A stretch of DNA of 64,000 nucleotides from Coniocarpon cinnabarinum (lineage: Eukaryota), in contig JAVECO010000052.1 in NCBI GenBank assembly GCA_051942205.1, positions 1 through 64,000 of the forward strand, given 5' to 3'. Below are positions 55,721-64,000 of this stretch, piece after piece. The position numbers were made by a program, and so were the translations under genes. Numbering within the stretch: the stretch's first letter is position 1; every line of letters begins with the position of its first letter. The notes beneath the pieces are model-generated. The model made no database searches. It was not told the origin of the DNA and worked only from the letters and a program-made list of their open reading frames with translations.

Positions 55721-57057
55721 ATGGCTTCAGCAACCGACAAAGCCAGATTTTACATTGAACAAACCGTCCCAAGCTTGCGCGAATGGGAGCGCAGACAGCT
55801 CTTCACGAAGGTGAGTACGACTCTCAACTGGGCAAAGCGCGCGACTGTTCATGAATTATAGCAACTTATTAATGATTCATTCAGTCTGAGATATCCTCAA
55901 TCACTTCGCAGCGGACGGGCTTCGAGACTCAACTCAACTCACGCGAAGCCAGCACCCCGCTCTTTCTTCGCTACACAACTTACGAATCAAATATCTCCTT
56001 GCTCCTTTCCAAGCGGCTAACACGACACGCAATACCGCCCAAAGCAGCGCAGAAGCTCCGAGTAAACCAGCAATCACGCCTCTTCAAGATTCTTGACCGC
56101 GCGACGATCAGGTTCAAGAGCGATCTGGGACTATGGGCGCAATATCTACATTTTTGTCGCGAGCAAGCTGCAATCAAACGTGGGCAAAAAGTGCTCACTG
56201 AGTGCCTGCGACTTTTTCCAACGAGACATGAGGTATGGGGATATGCGGCTGGATGGGCAGAAGGCACTGGCGATTTATCCGGTGCAAGGGGATACTATCT
56301 ACGCGGTCTACGGTTTTGCGGATCCTCGAACGGAGGGCAAGACTTGTACCTCCGGTTTGCGCGTGCAGAGATGAGATGGGTCGGCGAAAGACGAAAAATA
56401 CTCGGAATCGAAGAACATCAAATCTCTAGTGCGAGAAAGATGAACGAAGAAGACCCTGAGCAAATTCAAAATGAGAACGAGGACGCTTCTGCCATAGCGC
56501 AGCCCAGTCAGGATGACGCTGATGCATACACTGACGACGCTGAGAGAGCTTCTAACGACTTCCACCACTTCTCCACGACACCCGCTATGACTGGTGCGAT
56601 CCCGATAGCTATATTTGACCAGGCCATGAAGGCGTGGAATAACCGTCTTAGCTTAGCCGAATCATTTTTCGACATGTTTTCCCAATTTCAAGATCTACCT
56701 TACACACCCAAGATACTCCAACACGTCATAGAGTATACAGCTCAAACGCAAACGGGAGAGTCTGGGATGGTGCGAAGTTGGCAATGTAGGATGCCAATGG
56801 CAGGCATCGCAGTGGACTCTGCCGACTTTCCCCATGCCTTGAGAAGGACCTTGGCAGAGATCAGGGACTCCACCGTGTCACTTGATGAGTATGGTGTTGC
56901 CAAATTGGACTTTCAGACCAAGACGGTTCCTTGGCTGCAATCGCTGGCAAACAATGACAAGCTTGTCCCTGAACTCAAGATCGTCGTAAGCTCTTCAATA
57001 AGACGCTTGATGACATTGCAAGGGCCGGTGTCCGGCACAAGTGTAATTGCCGCGTAA
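55721..57057 (+). CDS. UTP6: U3 snoRNA-associated protein Utp6 (HAT repeats)
   Basis: Exon 1 MASATDKARFYIEQTVPSLREWERRQLFTK, an intron from 55811, then EISSITSQRTGFE...FLRYTTYE, RATIRFKSDLGLWAQY and ARGYYLRGLRF. Confidence 0.88.
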
Positions 57058-57105
57058 GAGCTGGAGCCGAAAGCAATAGTACATATGCATGCAAGCTGGA
57101 GGCCT

Positions 57106-57798
57106 TTATCCATCTGAAGAGCCTTTTCTGCGTGAGCTCTTCTTCGCACTCTGGAACTTTTTCATTCTCATGCGAGCTTCCTTCTCTGCGGCTTGACTGC
57201 ACAACATTAGTCAGGAAGAAGCTATGAGAATGTAAGTCCTAGATCGCTGCCTACTGTTGTTTAACACGTTTCTTGGTCTCAGGAGAAGTCTCGCCTGGAA
57301 CTACACTGCGACCGACGTCACGAATGAGATCTCGGAGCCTGGTTTCGCATCCAGCTCGATTGTCAGCTTGTTTGCGACTCTCGTCACATGATATGACCAA
57401 GCTAGTCGACCGGTCGGCACAATATGACGTCTGACGGATACCATTGTGCAGAACTGGTGGCAATATGGCCAGCAGACCGTTCAGGTCAACCTTCATAGTC
57501 GCCTTTGAATTGACCCTGAATCGGTCAGCGCGATGGATCCCCCACGATGAGACTGCTAGGTCTTGCACAGGCTCGACCCATCGAAACGTGCATACTTATT
57601 CACATTCTGCCCCCCTGGTCCAGAAGATCGGCTGTAGGAGACGTCATAAATATGTTCCGGAACGCCGGTGAAGGACGCAAGCCAGCTTCTAGCCTTTTTG
57701 AAGTCTTCCTCCTCGAACTTGCTGGGTTGCCGGCTATAAGATCTAGAGAACATGCAGCTGGGCATTCCCAAGACCCTAAACCTCTGGGCTCGAAGCAT
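57106..57798 (-). CDS. Mitochondrial ICT1/Pth4-like peptidyl-tRNA hydrolase (RF-1 domain), two introns
   Basis: YSRSSGPGGQNVNK | VNSKAT, ISCDESRKQADN and a basic C-terminus RMRMKKFQSAKKSSRR, with a presequence-like N-terminus. Confidence 0.88.
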
Positions 57799-58314
57799 GT
57801 TGAAGGCGCTTCATGGTCTACTGACTCCCACTCTGAAGAGGTGATAAGACGGGTAAGATGCAAGAAGCACAGCCTTGAGGAGGATGTTGTGTTACTCAGG
57901 AGTCTTACTTGATACCTGAGCAACATGGTGACCCTGCTGGGATGCGGGTGTAAGAGTGCCATGAATCTACCGAAGATTACACACTGTTTGACGCGTGCAC
58001 AACTCTGGGTGAAAGCACTAATTTAGAGCATCTGTCGCCATCTTCCCGCCAACATCCTTGCCTGACGTGCCTGCCCTATCTACCTTCTCGATAACCTTCC
58101 CTGCGGACTTCTTCTCACCAAATCATCAGCTCTACTACGTAGTAACAACATACCAAGCCTCCTACCTCAAGCTCTGCGCACAGTCCACGGCGTTGCGCGG
58201 ACAAGTGAGCTAATCAGGCCGAAAGCAATGACCAATGCTCTGTCAGTCATACGCCTCACGGACTCGCTGTGACCCATTACCTGTCGGTGCTTCGCTGCAT
58301 GAGTGGAATTCTCG

Positions 58315-61040
58315 ATGAACGTCTCTCCGGCTGAAGGGCCGGAGCATCGCACAGACACATTGTCTCCTGTTTCACCAAAGCCTGTGCATTTTCCAGCACC
58401 CTCCAACATTGCCTTGCTGGAGCACCAGATGGACCCCAATTTTGATGGCCGCTCGACAGATCAGAAACAAGACCCCTCAAGCCTGACGAATGGAAACACC
58501 CAAAGTAACCCCTTCAAGATTGATGGAGCATCCGACGCGAAGAACGGCGAACATGCTGCTGGAGAGGTCACGGGTGGAAAAGAGTTGCAGAATAATACGC
58601 AGAATTTTCTTATGAACGCAGACCTCAATGCATCATCTTCCTCTCACACTCAACCGGCTTCTGTTCTCGACTTTCAACCCCCTCCTGAACAAACCGATTT
58701 GCCCTCCCCGGCCGACCAACCCTCGCTACCCGCCTCCCAACCTATGCCTACAGAATCGTCCAAAGTAGAGAGCCTCCCCAATGGCCCCAATCTTGACCCC
58801 TCAGGCCAGGCTTCTTTCCCGAATGCAGGATTATTTGCATCCAACCATGTCTCCACTACCGTGGCCGGCGGTATTGATATTCAAGCCTTGCTCGACAATA
58901 TTGCAGCGCCGTCTAAAATGTCAACAGCGCCTTCCACGTCCAGCTTGATTGCTACTGCCTCCCAGCCCGCTGATAGTCTTGCGTCTCATCCTCTTACCCA
59001 TTCCGAATCCTTTAATGAGCCCGGAGGCGACGACGAGTCTGTTGCAGCAACCTCGAACATCGCCAGCTTGCCTGCTCGCCCGCCTTTTCAACCCTCCCCA
59101 AACAATGCCTCGACGGCGCAGACTTTAACGCACACTCCCGCAGAGTTGCAGTCTAATCCAAGTGCGGCTTCAAATACGTCCTTTGCTCCGTTGGCGCATG
59201 CCGCGCCTCCCCCTCTACCCACTGCAGGCGCTCCAGGCGTGCAGACCACCACTTCCATCCAACTACCGCCGCCGCCCCTACCCTCATTTCAACAATCGCA
59301 AGCTTTTGTGCCTGGGCTACAGACATCTGGCTATGTGTCAATGCCACCGCTCAAGACAGACACTCCGACGATCAAAACAGGGCAAGAAGAATCGCTCATT
59401 GGTCGATTTGGGGATGGTCCAACCCGCGGCGTTGGCGGTGAGGAGAGCTTACCATGGGGGCAAGAAATACAGAAGTGGTATGACGACTTCTTGGAAGCTG
59501 AGCGCCGCTACGTTCTAGAAGGAAATTGGGAAAAGTTTCCCATTGGCTCGCGTTTGTTTCTGGGTAAGTGCATCACTGCAACAACCACTCCTTTTCTGAC
59601 TGGGCAGGCAACCTTCCTTCTGAAAGAGTGACCAAGCGAGACTTATTCCACGTCTTCCACCGCTATGGCAAGTTAGCACAGATTTCGATCAAGCAAGCTT
59701 ATGGGTTTGTGCAATACCTCGATGCTGGTGATTGCGGTCGAGCCATGAAAGCAGAGCAAGGTGTCTCCATTCGCGGCAAAGCGATCAGTACGGAATTTCA
59801 AAGCCAAGTCATGTGGGTCAGGCTACTTACACATCGTGCAGATTTGGAGATCTCCGTGCCTGGGGGAAAGAAACGACATCAGCAAAACGAAGGTCGATCG
59901 TCCCGAAACCGACGGTCTAGGTCGCCAGCCGGTAGTCGTAGCGCTGGCCGCAATAGTCGAAGCGACAACCGACACAGAGCTCGCTCCCCCGACCGGAAAC
60001 GCTCGCGCCTTGATCAGCACTACCCGAAGCAATCACATTCGCCACAGCAAGTTTTTGCTCAACCTCAGAGCGGCATCCCCGGCAATGACTCGAGCTTGCC
60101 GTTGCCTCACCGCCTGCCAGCTCAGGTCCCTGATGTGCAGGTAATCGCAAAGGATCAGATGGAAAGGTTCGTCGCAAAGCATCTGCAATGCGACCTCTAC
60201 TAACGTATCTCTGTAGCAATATCGTGCAATACATTGAGACCTCGTTCGCACAACGAGGATTGCGAGCGGACTGTTTGTATCTTGGTGCGCTCAACGAAGG
60301 GCTGGTCGTCAGGCGACAGATGATTGAGGGCGTCCTCGCCATCATGAAAGTAGACCGAGCCAGTCAGTCGGCCCATCGATTCCAACTGACGATTTTTGAT
60401 CGCAGTCAAGGCGGTGGCAACGTCAAGTTTGAGGGTAAGTTTCGTTCCTACAAGGCAGCAGTGGAGCGCTTATTGATGGGCTTCAGAGTATCAACAACAA
60501 GAGCTCTCCATTGTAATCGAGCTTGTGCGTCGCGCGAAACAAAACGTGCGTCTGATGTATCCTGGACAGCAAGCTCCTGCTCCCCTGCCCACGCCGCAGC
60601 AGCACGCTCCGTATCAATACTCGAATCTACAGCATCAGCCCCTTGCAGCAGTACCCGAGCCAGCGCCCGCTCAGCCTACGCAAGCAGCGGTCCCACAAGC
60701 AATCGCTACGCAAAACCCGGACAACAGGTCGCTGCAGGACATTCTGGACTCGTTGAACAAACAGCCTCAGAGTGCGAGCACAACTGCTCCCCCAGTGATG
60801 CCGGCAGCGCTGAACCTGAGCCTTCCCACGCCGCAGCAATCTGGACAAAGCAGTCCACCCGATCTAGCAAAGATACTGGAGGCAGTTCAACGCTCACCCA
60901 CGGGGCAGGGCGGAGGCCAGGGCGCTTCGCTCTCACAAGGTCTTCAGGCGCTGAGTCAAGGCCAGCAGAGTAGCGAGACGCCTCATGCGCCCGATATGTC
61001 GCATATTCTGTCTCAGCTAAGCCAGTACGGGCGCAAGTGA
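58315..61040 (+). CDS. Nab3-like RRM RNA-binding protein, multi-intron
   Basis: YDDFLEAERRYVLEGNWEKFPIGSRLFLG | NLPSERVTKRDLFHVFHRYGKLAQISIKQAYGFVQY, an RS-rich segment and VPDVQVI...VRRQMIEGVLA. Confidence 0.82.
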
Positions 61041-61957
61041 GTGGGGTGGGCGCAGGAAAAAGCTTGTATGGCCTCGTTGCATGCCTCGTAACGGCCGAGG
61101 AGCTGAGGAAGCTTGAGCACGCGAAGAGATTGTAAAAGTACAGGTTCAGCGGTCGGCCCGGGTGGAAAAGGGGGCCGCGAGAAGTGTAAGATTGATGAAG
61201 GAGAGGCATTGTGCAAATTCTCGAGATACCCCGACGCGTTACGACTGTACACATACCTACGACGGGTCGCGAAGGCAGTGGAGACTGGTGTACGACAAGA
61301 ATAGACGAAAGCTTAAGCCAGATGGATGCATCTTGTGTACCTACCCAGGGTACCTAAGGTAAGGTAGTGACTAGCGGACATGACGGAATGCCGCATTAGC
61401 CCCGTCACCGCCTGTGGGGAGAGACGAAGAGAAATACGCCGTAACGGGCAATTGCGTATAGGCTAGCCACGCCGCGGCTTGGGCCAGGGCCGACCCATGC
61501 GCAACCATTGACAAAAAGCTTCATTTCCAAAACTTGGTTACTAGTCTTCCCCCCAATTTTCTCTCCTCGCACATCCCTCTCTTCGTCGTCGCCGTCACAC
61601 CCTTATCCTGAGCTTTCAGCGCAAGCCCCTCTGAAGAGCTCTTCCACTCTCGAATCAACATCTGCCTTGTGCCACATCCGCAGGCCGGTCACAGCCGCAC
61701 TCGATACCCCTCGTTGCCTCTACTACCGGCTCTTCTGCGCTTTGACAAACATGGACCAGTACTTATAATAGAAATTCTTCGCCTACGACAACCTTTCCCT
61801 AACCCGTCACTTCTGATCGCACCAGGCCATGACATCTCTGTTTCCCGCCTACACCTGAATTCCCCTTCCTGGCATGAACCCGGAGCAACGTCTACATACC
61901 GTCCCCACACCCTCGCGCCTTGCCTAGCTCCCTCTATCCTATCCATAGATCCTAGAA

Positions 61958-64000
61958 ATGTTACGAGCCACTGTCAACACCGTACGGAGAGGCAGTTCGA
62001 GCACTCGTGCCGCAGACAAGCCTGGCTGGTTCCAGTCCTGGCTTGTACCCCAGCTCCAATCCATCACTCGTGCAACATGCACTCACCCAATTCACACCAT
62101 CACCATCATCGGCGTTCTTGCCAGCACGGCTTATATTGCACTGCTCGAGAGCTCGCTTTTCGAGCCACCAACCCGCGTGGACTTGCCCGTCGGACACACA
62201 GATATCGCAACGTTTCTCGGAGGAAGCAAGACATTACATGCAGGCACGGATACTGAGTGGAAATGGCAAAACAGTGATTTCCTGCAGCCGAGTGTTGGTG
62301 ACACTGTAAGCGAGTATCTCATCCGCATCTGACAATTGCTAACATGTTGTAGACGTCTAGCCATAACGCGTTGCTAACGCTTGTTTTCCCGGAGTATAAC
62401 AGTGACACTGGCGCGCAATCCGAGATTCCAAAGCAGCATATCATCGCGTCATTCGCTAATGCAAGCTCCGAACTCTTACCATCCTCCAAAAGTTTGCTGT
62501 CTCCGATCTCCTCTGAAAGCACGCTTGCGTACTCGGTACCTTACAACGCTGCCGGCGACTTTCTGGCATCGCTGCGAGAGCTCCCAACGCGAAAGGCATT
62601 CAAGGGTACCCAAGAGCTCGAGGAAGCTACGGAAAATGGAGAGCCAAAGTGGATCATGACAGCGATGCGATCTCCTGCAGATGGAGCTCAGAGAAGCTTC
62701 AAGCGACGAGTCCAAGATGCTTGGACTGCTTTCACTGATGTGCTTAAGGTGAGATGTTTGAAGCAACTTTTCTGATTTCGTGGCGCTCATTAGAACTGTT
62801 AGAATGCCGAGGAGCTCGACATTGTGATCATGGTGCTCGGCTATCTCTCTATGCATCTGACATTTGTGTCGCTGTTCATGTCGTTGAGAAAGCTCGGCTC
62901 AAATCTCTGGCTGGGCATTACAACGCTGTTGTCGTCGGTTTTTGCGCTTTTGTTCGCGCTGATTGTCACTATCCAGCTTGGTGTGCCTTTGAATATGGTT
63001 CTTCTGTCAGAAGGCTTACCTTTCCTAGTCGTGACCATCGGATTTGAAAAGCCGATCGTGCTGACAAAGGCAGTCCTCTCCGCCTCTTTTGCCCTGAAAC
63101 GCTCATCAGGGGGAGGCAGGAATCAAGCAAATGGTATGCATGATCGTGGACGCGCCAGCAGCTCGTCGCCGCACATTCAATCAGCAATTCAAATCGCTGT
63201 TAAAGAAAAAGGATATGAGATTGTGAAAGACTACGCCATTGAAATTTTGATACTTATAGCCGGAGCAGCGTCCGGTGTTCAAGGAGGCCTTTGTCAGTTC
63301 TGTTTTCTGGCGGCATGGATACTATTTTTCGATTGCATCTTGCTGTTCACGTTTTACACAGCGATCTTGACGGTGAAGCTCGAGGTGAACAGAATCAAAC
63401 GACACGTGGCATTGCGAAGGGCGCTCGAGGAGACAGGCGTCGACCGACAAAATGCCGAAAAGGCTGCCAACGAAGAGTGGCCAAACGCTGATGATATGGA
63501 CCACGTTGAGGCATCATCACGGTCTGCCGAGAGAGCCGTGTTCGGTATGAAGGCTCGAGACAGCAGCGTGTCTAGATTCAAAGTACTTATGGTCTTTGGA
63601 TTTATCGCTATTAATGTGCTCAACTTTTGCACCATCCCGTTTCGAAGTAGCGCGCGGAGTGCGGGATCAGCGCTCTCGAGTGCAGTCACACAGCCTCCAA
63701 TGGACCCGTTTAAAGTGGCCGGAAGTGGACTCGATGTGTTACTGACCGCCGCGAAAAGAAACCGTGTGCCCACGGCTGTCACTGTCCTCACACCAATCAA
63801 ATACGAACTCTCTGATGGGCTTTTGGACGATGTCGGTGATTCAATGTTTGACATGGATCGACTTTTCGATCGTATGGGGGGCAAGATGGTTGAGAGCATG
63901 CTCAAAAGCTTTGAGGACCCTCTCCTTAGCAAGTGGATCATCATTGCATTGGTGATTAGCTTGTTCCTCAACGGTTACCTCTTTAATGCGGCGAGGTGGA
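61958..64000 (+). CDS. HMG1: HMG-CoA reductase, N-terminal membrane/sterol-sensing part; continues beyond the window
   Basis: HPIH motif (CTHPIHTI), sterol-sensing domain [21 protein letters not shown]...[31 protein letters not shown] and [29 protein letters not shown]. Introns near 62306 and 62749. Confidence 0.95.

Noticed and set aside
1..64000. tRNA, rRNA, CRISPR arrays, autonomous transposons
   Set aside because: None recognised by eye. tRNAscan-SE, Infernal and a repeat search were not run, so small ncRNAs could have been missed.

Overview
Gene-dense window from a filamentous ascomycete (Pezizomycotina): short spliceosomal introns and fungal orthologues throughout. Housekeeping genes at both ends: OCT1, MIC26/27, ATG22, MED14, an S28 peptidase, UNG1, RPC34, an ASPM-like CH/IQ protein, an MCT-type MFS transporter, MTC1, DUF2462, UTP6, an ICT1-like peptidyl-tRNA hydrolase, a NAB3-like RRM protein and the 5' part of HMG-CoA reductase. 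The main finding is an accessory island at about 14.4-27.3 kb that looks like a fungal RiPP (dikaritin-type) system. It has three UstYa/DUF3328 oxidase genes and two secreted peptide precursors that the ORF track shows only in fragments or misses. Precursor A is 140 aa with five 21-aa-spaced cores separated by KR sites (DVPAAVF, DVPAAIF, DVPTGLS, VIPATIF, DVPASVF). Precursor B is about 61 aa with one related core (DIPATGF). Each precursor is head-to-head with its own DUF3328 paralogue. The cores contain no Tyr and match no dikaritin core I recognise. The island also holds a PTH11-like membrane protein, two pseudogenes and a 117-bp hAT-type MITE inside an intron. Two tandem pairs of orphan genes lie at 29-37 kb. 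All calls come from reading the sequence by eye; no searches were run.
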